The position numbers and the translations under genes were made by a program. Below are positions 8,858-17,718 of a DNA stretch of 64,000 nucleotides, one piece after another (the first letter of the stretch is position 1; every line of letters starts with the position of its first letter). Below the pieces are notes generated by a model. It ran no database searches. It saw only the letters and a list, made by a program, of their open reading frames with translations, and was not told where the DNA came from. This DNA comes from Clostridiales bacterium (GTDB taxonomy: Bacteria > Bacillota > Clostridia > Saccharofermentanales > Saccharofermentanaceae), in NCBI GenBank assembly GCA_017513085.1, contig JAFWDK010000016.1, forward strand, positions 60,766 through 124,765. Direction: 5' to 3'.

Positions 8858-10987
8858 CTATCCTTCTACCTGATAAATGATGATATTCTCTTCCGGGAAT
8901 GCCTCGACCTGCGTCAGGTTCTCTGCGAAGAACGCAGGGTCGTACTCAAATGTGTACGGTTCGGGCAGTTGTGATTCCAGGTAGTCCGGGCTCGCGATCA
9001 CATAGTCGATGCCTTCTTTCTTGCAAAGCGCCGTAAAGGCTTCGGCATCGCCACCGCATCCGGACACCAGCTCGCAGTATGACTTCACGCGTTTGAACAC
9101 ATCGTGACCGGCAGACCATGCGTAGTAAGTGTAGCCATAGTATACTCCACGTCCGGAAAGAAAGAACGATGCAAAGTCCCAGTCCGGTGTGAGGAAAACA
9201 TCATCCGGCCGGGTATTCCGGCAGATCCAATCCACCACTCTCGAGTTATGTTTTATATCTTTATGGCCGGTGTTCATATTGGCATAGACTGCCCACTCAA
9301 AAACAGCCGAAAGCGTAAGCGGAACAAGAAGAACTGCCGAAAGGATCTTTCCGATATCCTGTTTCTTTTCTTTCTCCTGTTTCTTTCCTTTTGGATCCCA
9401 TGCACGAAGGCGTAGCAAAAAGCATGCCACAAATACGTCCATCAGGATGATGGTCGTCTGCACGAATTTATGGTTGGTCAACAATTCCGAAGTCGGCTGG
9501 AACACAAAAGCAAAGATCAACGGCATGAGCGATGCGCCCCACAAAGCCAGGAAGAAACCACGATCCTTCTTTTCTTTCCGGCAGACCCAGATGATATACA
9601 CCAGCGCCAGGATCAGCGTTAATCCGGTGATCGCCACGAGATAGGAGATCACCGCCCAAGGCATACTGCTTGCGCTGTAAAAACCAAGGTGGATCCGCAG
9701 TTTGAAGACCTTCTCGACCGCTCCGGAGAAAAGTCTGGTCTGAAGGACCGACGAAAGCACTCCGACGATTGCCAGTATTGCATAGATCAGCCGGTAGTTG
9801 CTGAATACCGCCATAAGCGCCAGGATCAGAAGCGCGGATATCATTTCCGAGCCATGAAAGTACGGAAGCGGCACAACGATCAGGAGTGCCAGCGCCAGTG
9901 TCCGCCATGGACCGTTCGTTCCGGTACGTACAGGAAGCCAGGACTCTTTTCCGATGAGAAACGTCCGGAGTTTCTTGCCACGCATCTCAGGCGACGCAAG
10001 CATCGCACACATTTTCCGCACATACGGTGTAAAAAGCATGACCAGTAATACCACGCAAGCCAGCCCGAACATGAGGTGGCGCTGATTTCCATAGATATTG
10101 ATCGTCCATACTCCCCAGTCCTCGTAAGGCGTCTTGCCGTAATAGGTCTTGCTCGCCAGCATCTCGGCCAGCGCCCGTGTCAACGAATGGCTCGAGGCGA
10201 AATACTCCGCATACTGCATAATGAAGTTAAAAGACGACCGGAAAAGCACCAAAACCGGAGCCAGTACAAACGCCGTGCGCTTCTTTGCCAGAAGTGCAGC
10301 CAGACTTCCGGTAAGCATCAAGGTGCTGACCATAGAAAGAATACTGGGAATATTGATCGCCAGATCGATCGGCATGCCGAGATATTCCAGCGTGCCGCAG
10401 AAATAGTAGAAGAAAAAATGGTACTGGATACCGTCGGCTGCAAAATGCGGATACTGTGTTGGAAAATTGAATCCGCGTGCAAAAGACGACGTCAGTGCCG
10501 TGTACGGTGCCAGGTCGGACATGGCCGCATACCCGGCCTGAAGAGAGTTTCCGGAAAGGCGGTAAGAATCGATCATGAGAAACGAGGCTAGAAGCAAAAA
10601 CACGCCGATAGAAATTCCGTAGAAGCGGTTATTGGAAACATTGCTCTGATACTTTTCAATCGGAAGCCCGCGCTTTTTGATCCGGATGACATTCACAACC
10701 ATCCATAGCACAAATACCAGGACCGTGATCTCCATGCCCAGTGCACGGATACCGTCAGAATGTCCGGTACATCTGGCCAGTATATATGTCAGGTAGTAAG
10801 AAAACATCGACGTGGAAAGCGTTCCGACCAGAAAACCCGCCGGGATCGTGAATACAAGTTCCGGGAAAAACTCCGGATTGGAAGATGCCGCGATCTCGCT
10901 GAAAAAACGACGGATATCCGGGATCATCACATGGATCAGGGATATGCCAAAACCGGTACATACTATCAGATACAGGACAGCAACCAC
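8858..10987 (-). CDS. Large polytopic membrane protein, probable GT-C-fold glycosyltransferase
   Basis: About 13 TM segments, SDLAP in the first outer loop, YHFFFY, C-terminal soluble WI.RNT.PDDVFLT...SGR...GIDYV domain. Confidence 0.55.
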   Translation of the reverse strand: MVAVLYLIVCTGFGISLIHVMIPDIRRFFSEIAASSNPEFFPELVFTIPAGFLVGTLSTSMFSYYLTYILARCTGHSDGIRALGMEITVLVFVLWMVVNVIRIKKRGLPIEKYQSNVSNNRFYGISIGVFLLLASFLMIDSYRLSGNSLQAGYAAMSDLAPYTALTSSFARGFNFPTQYPHFAADGIQYHFFFYYFCGTLEYLGMPIDLAINIPSILSMVSTLMLTGSLAALLAKKRTAFVLAPVLVLFRSSFNFIMQYAEYFASSHSLTRALAEMLASKTYYGKTPYEDWGVWTINIYGNQRHLMFGLACVVLLVMLFTPYVRKMCAMLASPEMRGKKLRTFLIGKESWLPVRTGTNGPWRTLALALLIVVPLPYFHGSEMISALLILALMAVFSNYRLIYAILAIVGVLSSVLQTRLFSGAVEKVFKLRIHLGFYSASSMPWAVISYLVAITGLTLILALVYIIWVCRKEKKDRGFFLALWGASLMPLIFAFVFQPTSELLTNHKFVQTTIILMDVFVACFLLRLRAWDPKGKKQEKEKKQDIGKILSAVLLVPLTLSAVFEWAVYANMNTGHKDIKHNSRVVDWICRNTRPDDVFLTPDWDFASFFLSGRGVYYGYTYYAWSAGHDVFKRVKSYCELVSGCGGDAEAFTALCKKEGIDYVIASPDYLESQLPEPYTFEYDPAFFAENLTQVEAFPEENIIIYQVEG

Positions 10988-11057
10988 GTTTCTTCTCCAC
11001 CCTTTCCCACAAATTTCATGTACTATTTAAGCACATATATAGAAATAATGCATTAAG

Positions 11058-11086
11058 TTGAAATTCAAACTCAGTATGGCTATAAT
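11058..11086 (+). promoter_or_regulatory. Sigma-A promoter of the tRNA
   Basis: TTGAAA-N17-TATAAT ending 10 nt before the tRNA. Confidence 0.8.
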
Positions 11087-11096
11087 ACTTCTACAC

Positions 11097-11171
11097 GCTT
11101 CGATCGTTCAACGGATAGGACTGCAGTTTCCGGTACTGCCAATGCGGGTTCGATTCCTGCTCGGAGCGCCA
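11097..11171 (+). tRNA. tRNA-Arg (anticodon CCG)
   Basis: Acceptor GCTTCGA/TCGGAGC plus GCCA; anticodon arm GCAGT-TTCCGGT-ACTGC; T arm GCGGG-TTCGATT-CCTGC. Confidence 0.95.
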
Positions 11172-11177
11172 TCATTC

Positions 11178-11250
11178 ACACCCCTTTGCTCTTGGCTTCA
11201 GACAGTCCTCGGCGCGAGGCGCCAGCGGAACTTGCAGAGCAAAGGGGTGT
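11178..11250. repeat. 15-bp perfect inverted repeat with 43-nt spacer after the tRNA (terminator-like)
   Basis: ACACCCCTTTGCTCT (11178-11192) and AGAGCAAAGGGGTGT (11236-11250). Confidence 0.75.
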
Positions 11251-11417
11251 TCATTTTGCTGGCGGTCCTCCTCTACGTCTTCTTAAGTCTTTCATGTCTG
11301 CGTCCTCGGCTTGGGCGGTGTTTCTATTTGAACGTGTAGTATAAATAGTTGCATGCCGTGTTACATGATTGATATAATCAGCGCACTTTCAACTTAAAAT
11401 GTGCAACAAGGAAGGAA

Positions 11418-11927
11418 GTGACAGACATGGAATTTGATTGTTATCTGACGAAGGAGAATTACTATTTCCGCTACCGCACCGGCGCGATCATTCTGCGCGG
11501 AAAGAAGATGCTTTTTGTGAAGAATTTTCTGGAAGGCTACTACTACATGATCGGCGGCGCAGTACATCTTGGCGAAACATCGAGAGATTGCATCGAGCGC
11601 GAGGTTTTCGAAGAGACCGGCGTGAAGTGCAAGGCGATCCGTCCCGGCATCATCTGTGAGAATTTTTTCTCGGGCGACCGTCTCGATGACCGGATCAAAG
11701 ACAAGTTCTGCCACATCCTGGAATTCTACTACCTGATGGAAGCACCGGAAGGAAGTGCTTTTGCTGAAGAAACCGACACCAACGAAGAGCTGGTGTGGAT
11801 CGACCTGGACGAAATCGACAACTATGACGTCCGGCCGGTCATGCTGAAAACCAAATTGAAGGAAGCCATCGAAGGCGGCCATGTGCTGCACGTCATCAAC
11901 GACGACTTCCACCACGTGATCTTGTGA
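11418..11927 (+). CDS. NUDIX hydrolase
   Basis: Nudix box GGAVHLGETSRDCIEREVFEETGV. Confidence 0.9.
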   Translation: MTDMEFDCYLTKENYYFRYRTGAIILRGKKMLFVKNFLEGYYYMIGGAVHLGETSRDCIEREVFEETGVKCKAIRPGIICENFFSGDRLDDRIKDKFCHILEFYYLMEAPEGSAFAEETDTNEELVWIDLDEIDNYDVRPVMLKTKLKEAIEGGHVLHVINDDFHHVIL

Positions 11928-11966
11928 ACCACTCCTTGGTCTTTTCTGCAGAAAATATCACCTGTG

Positions 11967-13235
11967 TCAGACATCCTGCTCCACTGTGCGCTTCGGTGCG
12001 GTGGAGTTTTCTGTCTCCAGTCCGCGGATGCTCTTGATCAGATACACACCGGCGGAGATCGCGATGAGGCAGATTCCGGAGATCACGACGACCATGGCGG
12101 AGCCGCGTCCGACGCCGCGTCCGGTCAGGTTTCCGAGGATGTCTGCGGAGACGCCGGAAGTCGCGTAGGCAATGACATAGCCGATCTGGGAGATGAAGCC
12201 GATCAGGCCCCAGACTCTTCCCTGCACTTCGTCCGGAATGTTGGTCCTGACCAGGTAGTCCAGGCTGTTATTGGAGAACGCGATCGCCGCGAAGAATAAG
12301 AATCCAAAAGCACTGATGAGATAGATGTTTTCGAAAAGTCCGTAGCCGATGATGAAAAGCCCGGCGAGCATAAGCGATACACTCAGTACTTTTACGAAAC
12401 CTTTCTTAATGCCGCGGATACCGAGGACGATTCCGGATACGAGCATGCCGCTGGCGCAGATCGTCTCGGCGATGCCGAGTGTTTTTGCATCGGTGAAAGA
12501 CAGCACGATGGCTTCCGCGAGGATCTGGAACATACCGATGAAGAGTGTGATCACCGAGGATATGATCACGAGTGCAAAGACGCCTCTCTTCGCACGAAGG
12601 ATCGTCCAACCTTCTTTCATGCTTGCCAGGAACGGTTTGTCGTCTTCCTTCACTTTCTTTGCGATGCTCTTGCGGATCACGGCCACGCCCGACACTGTCA
12701 GGGCGAAAGTGCAGATATCGATCACAAGAAGCAGTTTGACATCACTAAAGCTCAGCAGAAATCCAGCGATGATCGGGGAAAAGAGGTAGCGTGCACTGCC
12801 CGCCAGAGATACCAGGCCGCTTGCTTTGGAGAATTCTTCTTTGGTAAGCAGGTCAGTGATCGTCGCGCGGAAGGCGGGCTCGAGCAATGCCGAGAAGCAG
12901 CCGCTGATGAACACGCCTATACAGATCTGCCAGAGTTGTGCCTCACCGGTCAGCATGCAGATCAGGATAAAAAGGATACCCATCGCGGACAGTCCGTCTC
13001 CGATCATCATGAGGATACGACGGTCATATTTATCGGCAAGCACTCCGGCAGGAACACTCAGGAGCAATGTCGGAAGGAAACCAAGGAGTGTGACCAGCGC
13101 CATATTTCCTGCGCTTCCGGTCTTCTGGAAAATATATACACCCAGTCCGAAGCTGGTCAGTCCGCTTCCGATCGAAGAGATCATCGCACCTATCCAAAGG
13201 AGCATAAACTTCTTAAAATTCGATCCGTTCTTCAT
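11967..13235 (-). CDS. MFS efflux transporter (MefA/DHA3-like)
   Basis: About 12 TM segments, motif A AGVLADKYDRR, QGRVWG in the second half. Confidence 0.85.
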   Translation of the reverse strand: MKNGSNFKKFMLLWIGAMISSIGSGLTSFGLGVYIFQKTGSAGNMALVTLLGFLPTLLLSVPAGVLADKYDRRILMMIGDGLSAMGILFILICMLTGEAQLWQICIGVFISGCFSALLEPAFRATITDLLTKEEFSKASGLVSLAGSARYLFSPIIAGFLLSFSDVKLLLVIDICTFALTVSGVAVIRKSIAKKVKEDDKPFLASMKEGWTILRAKRGVFALVIISSVITLFIGMFQILAEAIVLSFTDAKTLGIAETICASGMLVSGIVLGIRGIKKGFVKVLSVSLMLAGLFIIGYGLFENIYLISAFGFLFFAAIAFSNNSLDYLVRTNIPDEVQGRVWGLIGFISQIGYVIAYATSGVSADILGNLTGRGVGRGSAMVVVISGICLIAISAGVYLIKSIRGLETENSTAPKRTVEQDV

Positions 13236-13326
13236 TTTACCTGCCTCCGTTTTTACATCGCGCTTCTTCTGCGTTCCGTCTTACTGTCTACACTATAACA
13301 GGCAAATCATTAAACGTTCATTAAAT

Positions 13327-13358
13327 GAAAAAGACCCCAGGGGAGCAGGGTCTTTTTC
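13327..13358. terminator. Intrinsic terminator downstream of the serpin gene
   Basis: GAAAAAGACCC-loop-GGGTCTTTTTC. Confidence 0.75.
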
Positions 13359-13424
13359 TGTTAATGAGGGACACATGAGTTGATGTCTCATGAAGTGAAG
13401 TTGTTCGTTTCTTTTTTTCGAAAG

Positions 13425-14729
13425 TTATACGTTCTCGACAGTTCCCAAGAATACAGGAAGTCCGGTTTCTTTATCCACGACCGCATAGGCGAAAGGACGG
13501 TCACAGATCACTTTTTTGACATTATCAGGCTCTTCCCTCACACACTCATCTGTCATCACCACAGCCGTGGCAGCTGCTGCAGATGTGCCATTCCGGTTCA
13601 CATCAATGAAAGTCTTGTGGATCACTTTCGAGATACACGGATTGGAAGTTGCCATATTGCTAAAATCCGCCTTTCTCTCATCAAAAGCATCCTCCATGCC
13701 CATGTCATACAAGATCCTTGCCAGTTGCACATCATACTCGCTCTTAAATTCCGGCATACTTGTGGTAACTTCGAATTCCTCACTTCTGCTCTCCCAGAAA
13801 GTCCAGTACTCTTCTGGTGTCATGTTGGCGATGAATTCATTGATGTCCATGGCCGTATCATTCGGAAGGATCGTCAGGAAAGCATACTTTCCGTCGTCGT
13901 AGTCCTTGAGGAAGCCGGTTGCTTTTTCATTCTGAAGATAGACCGACTCCTTACCGTGGATAAACATGACTTCTCTCTTCTGACCATCTCCACCTGTGAA
14001 GACCTGTGTCCAGACATCATCATCCGAATATCCGTTCTTCCACTTTCCGTCAAAAGACACCGCATTGACAAGAACCATAAGGTCATCGGGAGTTAATTCG
14101 TCCAGAAGATCCGTGATACGGCCATTGGTCTTTTCTGCCACCCATTTGTTAATAGCACTAACACCCTCGGGGCCAAATGCAACAGCCTTGGAGCCGGCAT
14201 CAAAGTTCTTCTCTATATACTCCAGATAATCCTGGTACACACGAGCTGTCTTACTCTCGTTGATCCAAACAGAATTGGCGATCTTCAGAGAATCATTCTT
14301 TAATCTGTTCATTCTTTCGACCGCAAATCGCAACGCCTCATAATTATCCGCGCCCGGAACCATCGTCTGCGTCATCTGTGCAAGCGTCTCACCATCTGCT
14401 CCACATGCCGCCATTTCCAATGCAAACAAGATCGAGTCTGCCGAGATCATCATATTCTTATTTTTGGCCAGACCGGCACAATTCTTCATGACGCCAAATA
14501 CAAACTGTGAATAAGCCTTTTTGAGTTCCTCGTCACTCATTGCCTTTTTCCCGGATTGCAGATTTTTCAGCTCAAAAAGCGCCTGCTTGCCGTTCTCTCT
14601 TTTTACCGCACCGGCCATGGCCGATACAGCAGGCTCCTGTGAAGCAGGGGTTTCCACATTCTTTTTGCATCCTGTCGGCAAAGCCATCAGCATTCCCGCA
14701 ATCAATAATCCTGCTACTATTTTTTTCAT
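13425..14729 (-). CDS. Serpin (serine protease inhibitor), predicted lipoprotein
   Basis: Signal peptide ending LPTGC; NMMIS, GADGET, IANSVW, INKWVAEKTNGRI, VNAVSFDGKW, hinge GTSAAAATAV, DRPF...FLGTV. Confidence 0.93.
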   Translation of the reverse strand: MKKIVAGLLIAGMLMALPTGCKKNVETPASQEPAVSAMAGAVKRENGKQALFELKNLQSGKKAMSDEELKKAYSQFVFGVMKNCAGLAKNKNMMISADSILFALEMAACGADGETLAQMTQTMVPGADNYEALRFAVERMNRLKNDSLKIANSVWINESKTARVYQDYLEYIEKNFDAGSKAVAFGPEGVSAINKWVAEKTNGRITDLLDELTPDDLMVLVNAVSFDGKWKNGYSDDDVWTQVFTGGDGQKREVMFIHGKESVYLQNEKATGFLKDYDDGKYAFLTILPNDTAMDINEFIANMTPEEYWTFWESRSEEFEVTTSMPEFKSEYDVQLARILYDMGMEDAFDERKADFSNMATSNPCISKVIHKTFIDVNRNGTSAAAATAVVMTDECVREEPDNVKKVICDRPFAYAVVDKETGLPVFLGTVENV

Positions 14730-14804
14730 CGTAAAGATCCTCGCTTTCCTAACTCAAGCTTTCATTTTTTCTATCGGCAAATTCTCCTCAAAAGCCGTTC
14801 TGAA

Positions 14805-14837
14805 TATTAGACGAGACAGATTTCCGTTCTGTTGCAA
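14805..14837 (-). promoter_or_regulatory. ECF-sigma-type promoter, copy 2
   Basis: Minus strand TTGCAAC-N17-CGTCTAATA upstream of the serpin gene. Confidence 0.7.
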
Positions 14838-14911
14838 AATCGGAAAAAAGTTTCTTCCCCCTCCTTCTCTATGGTAGAATCAATGCATATCTTATTAAGG
14901 TGTACATATAT

Positions 14912-15613
14912 ATGAAGACAAGATACGATTGTTTGATCATTGACGATGAGCAGGTGCTCGCAGACAACACATGCGAGTACTTTAATATGTTTGAAGTAAA
15001 GACGAAGGCAGTCTACAGCAAGGCGGAAGCCCTTGCATTTTTAGAAGAAAATGATGTTTCCCTGATCCTTCTGGATATCAACCTTGGTGACGGCAGCGGC
15101 TTCGAGCTCTGCAAGCACCTCCGTCAGACCGTGAATATTCCGATCCTTTTCGTTTCCGCAAGAAATACAGATGACGACAAGATCATCGCACTCAATATCG
15201 GTGGCGACGATTATATTGAGAAACCATATTCCCTCGGCGTCATGCTGGCCAAGGTAAAAGTCATGCTCCGTCGTTTCTCTCCGGCTGAAGAAAAGAGCGT
15301 TCCTTCTGTTTTCGAAGATGGTTCCCTGAAGATCGATATGCAGAACAAGATCGTGTCCGTGGGCGGCGAGACGAAGCGTCTCACGAGTATGGAGTACTCG
15401 CTTCTTTGTTATCTTGTGGAGAACAAAAACCGTCTCATCACGAAGGCAGAGCTTTTCGATAATGTATGGAAAGATAAGTTCACTTCCGATGGCACACTGA
15501 ATGTGCATATCCGGAAATTAAGAGAAGCCATCGAGGAGGACCCGAAGAATCCGGTCCGCATCCAGACAGTATGGAAAGAGGGATATAAATACGTCACAGG
15601 GGGCGGCAAATGA
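14912..15613 (+). CDS. OmpR-family response regulator
   Basis: IIDDE, LLDINL, GGDDYIEKP, winged helix NVHIRKLREAIE...GY. Confidence 0.93.
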   Translation: MKTRYDCLIIDDEQVLADNTCEYFNMFEVKTKAVYSKAEALAFLEENDVSLILLDINLGDGSGFELCKHLRQTVNIPILFVSARNTDDDKIIALNIGGDDYIEKPYSLGVMLAKVKVMLRRFSPAEEKSVPSVFEDGSLKIDMQNKIVSVGGETKRLTSMEYSLLCYLVENKNRLITKAELFDNVWKDKFTSDGTLNVHIRKLREAIEEDPKNPVRIQTVWKEGYKYVTGGGK

Positions 15614-16860
15614 GAAAAAATCTCTTCATCTTTCTCATCATTCTCACCTTCCTGATCGAGGGTGCGGCCAGCCTGTTTTTTCTTCTGAAGACGCGGAACA
15701 CCGAGCAGGACACCGTCCTGATCAACGATTGTGTTAAGACTCTGGAAGAAAACTTCGGGCATGAAGAGAACTACTCGGACAAACTGACATATTCCGTCAT
15801 CGATCTTGACGGAAAACTTCTCTATTCAAACCGGGAAGGCGTCTCCACCACGGTCAACGAAGCCATCAAGAACAATGACACGATCCTGGACTTCTATCAG
15901 AACGGCGAGGTCGCCGGGAAAGTGCTTTTCCGGAATGAAACGCAGAAACAGATCCGGAACTGGCAGCGCTCGATCGCCGTCACGGTGCTTGTATGTACGC
16001 TGGTGCAGGCGTTGCTGCTGATTTCCTATGCGCTGTATCTTCGAAAGACCATTATCCGACCGTTTGAAGATCTGTCGCATTTTGCCGAACGGGTCGCCGG
16101 CGGGGATCTTGAAGTGCCGCTCGACATGGATAAAGGACACACTTTCGGAAGTTTCACCGAAGCTTTTGACCTGATGCGTACGGAACTTCGGAAATCCCGC
16201 GCTGCGGAAAAAGCAGCCTACGATGCCAAGAAAGAAATGGTCGCGCAGCTGTCCCACGACATCAAGACACCGGTCGCTTCCATCAAGTCCGCCTCCGAAT
16301 TCGGCTACGAACTGGCCAAGGAAGAGAAGGTCAAGGAGCGCTTCAACCTCATCAATTTCAAAGCTGATGAGTTGACAGTCCTGGTGGATAATCTCTTTGT
16401 CGAGAGCGTCAAGGATGCATCCGAGATCAAGGTCAGCCCGAGAGAAAACGATTCGGAAACTGTGCGGGAAGCGATCCTTCATGCGGATTATCTGAATCGT
16501 GCCGGCGATTTTACGATTCCGGAATGCAAAGTCTTTACCGATAAACTCCGCCTGCAGCAGGCATTCGATAATGTATTTATCAATTCCTACAAGTACGCAG
16601 ACACGAAGATCGAAGTCAGCGCAAAACTGGAAGACGGGTATCTCAAGGTAACCGTGCGGGATTTCGGTCCGGGCGTTACCGACGAAGAAGTCGCCGTCCT
16701 GAAAGAAAAGTATAAGCGCGGCGCCAACAGCGAAGGCAAAGAAGGAGCCGGCATCGGTCTGTACCTCACTTCCTATTTCCTGAAAGAAATGGATGGCGAG
16801 ATCTATGTCACGAATGAGGACCCCGGGCTTGCCGTTCTCTTTCTGATCCGCACGGTTTGA
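15610..16860 (+). CDS. Sensor histidine kinase (2 TM, HAMP)
   Basis: H box LSHDIKTP, N box NSYKY, DFGPG, GAGIGL; ATGA overlap with the regulator. Confidence 0.93.
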   Translation: MRKNLFIFLIILTFLIEGAASLFFLLKTRNTEQDTVLINDCVKTLEENFGHEENYSDKLTYSVIDLDGKLLYSNREGVSTTVNEAIKNNDTILDFYQNGEVAGKVLFRNETQKQIRNWQRSIAVTVLVCTLVQALLLISYALYLRKTIIRPFEDLSHFAERVAGGDLEVPLDMDKGHTFGSFTEAFDLMRTELRKSRAAEKAAYDAKKEMVAQLSHDIKTPVASIKSASEFGYELAKEEKVKERFNLINFKADELTVLVDNLFVESVKDASEIKVSPRENDSETVREAILHADYLNRAGDFTIPECKVFTDKLRLQQAFDNVFINSYKYADTKIEVSAKLEDGYLKVTVRDFGPGVTDEEVAVLKEKYKRGANSEGKEGAGIGLYLTSYFLKEMDGEIYVTNEDPGLAVLFLIRTV

Positions 16861-16884
16861 GATACGGACAGTGCTTTTTCGGAA

Positions 16885-16921
16885 TTAAGAAAGATTTAAG
16901 GGTTCCTTAAAGGCACTTAAG
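16885..16921 (+). promoter_or_regulatory. Tandem TTAA(G/A) direct repeats; probable OmpR-family operator
   Basis: TTAAG 16885, TTAAG 16896, TTAAA 16907, TTAAG 16917 (periods 11, 11, 10) upstream of a TATCAT -10. Confidence 0.6.
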
Positions 16922-16962
16922 ACTTGAAAAAGTATCATAGTGCCATAAGGAGGCGGAAAGCT

Positions 16963-17718
16963 ATGAACGAAATAATCAAAACACAGAAACTTTGCAAGAC
17001 TTTTTCCAACGGTGGAGTACAGCAGCATGTGCTCCGTAATATCGATCTTTCTATCTACGAAGGTGATTTCACCGTCATCATGGGCGCCAGCGGCGCAGGT
17101 AAGTCCACACTGCTTTATGCACTGTCCGGCATGGATAAGCCCTCTCTCGGCGATGTAAACTTCGCCGGCAAGAATATCACGAAAGGCACACCGGATGAGC
17201 TGGCGCTTTTCAGAAGAAAGAACTGCGGATTTGTTTTCCAGCAGACTTACCTGGTCGATTCCATGAGTGTTCTGGATAATGTCCTGGCTGCCGCTCTTCT
17301 GGTAGAAAAGAGCAAGAAGAAAGCTGCGGCCAAGGCCAAGGAAGTCCTGCGGTCCGTAGACATTGAGGAGACACTCTGGAATAAGTTCCCGACACAGATC
17401 AGCGGCGGTGAAGCACAGAGAGTCGGCATCGCCAGAGCCCTCATCAACGACCCGAAGCTGGTCTTCGCCGATGAGCCGACAGGTGCGCTCAACTCCACAA
17501 CAGGTAAGGATGTCCTCGATGTTCTTACGAAAGCAAACGAAAACGGCCAGTCCATCGTTATGGTCACTCACGATATCACTTCCGCACGCCGCGGCAACCG
17601 CATCCTCTATGTCAAGGACGGCGAGATCGCAGGCGAGTGCCAGCTCGGAAAATACGTTTCCGGCGACAAGGAAAGACATCTGAAACTTCGTGATTTCTTA
17701 GGCGGAATGGGGTGGTGA
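16963..17718 (+). CDS. ABC transporter ATP-binding protein (LolD/MacB-like)
   Basis: GASGAGKST, ISGGEAQRV, FADEPTGALN, VTHD; AAGGAGG RBS. Confidence 0.93.
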   Translation: MNEIIKTQKLCKTFSNGGVQQHVLRNIDLSIYEGDFTVIMGASGAGKSTLLYALSGMDKPSLGDVNFAGKNITKGTPDELALFRRKNCGFVFQQTYLVDSMSVLDNVLAAALLVEKSKKKAAAKAKEVLRSVDIEETLWNKFPTQISGGEAQRVGIARALINDPKLVFADEPTGALNSTTGKDVLDVLTKANENGQSIVMVTHDITSARRGNRILYVKDGEIAGECQLGKYVSGDKERHLKLRDFLGGMGW

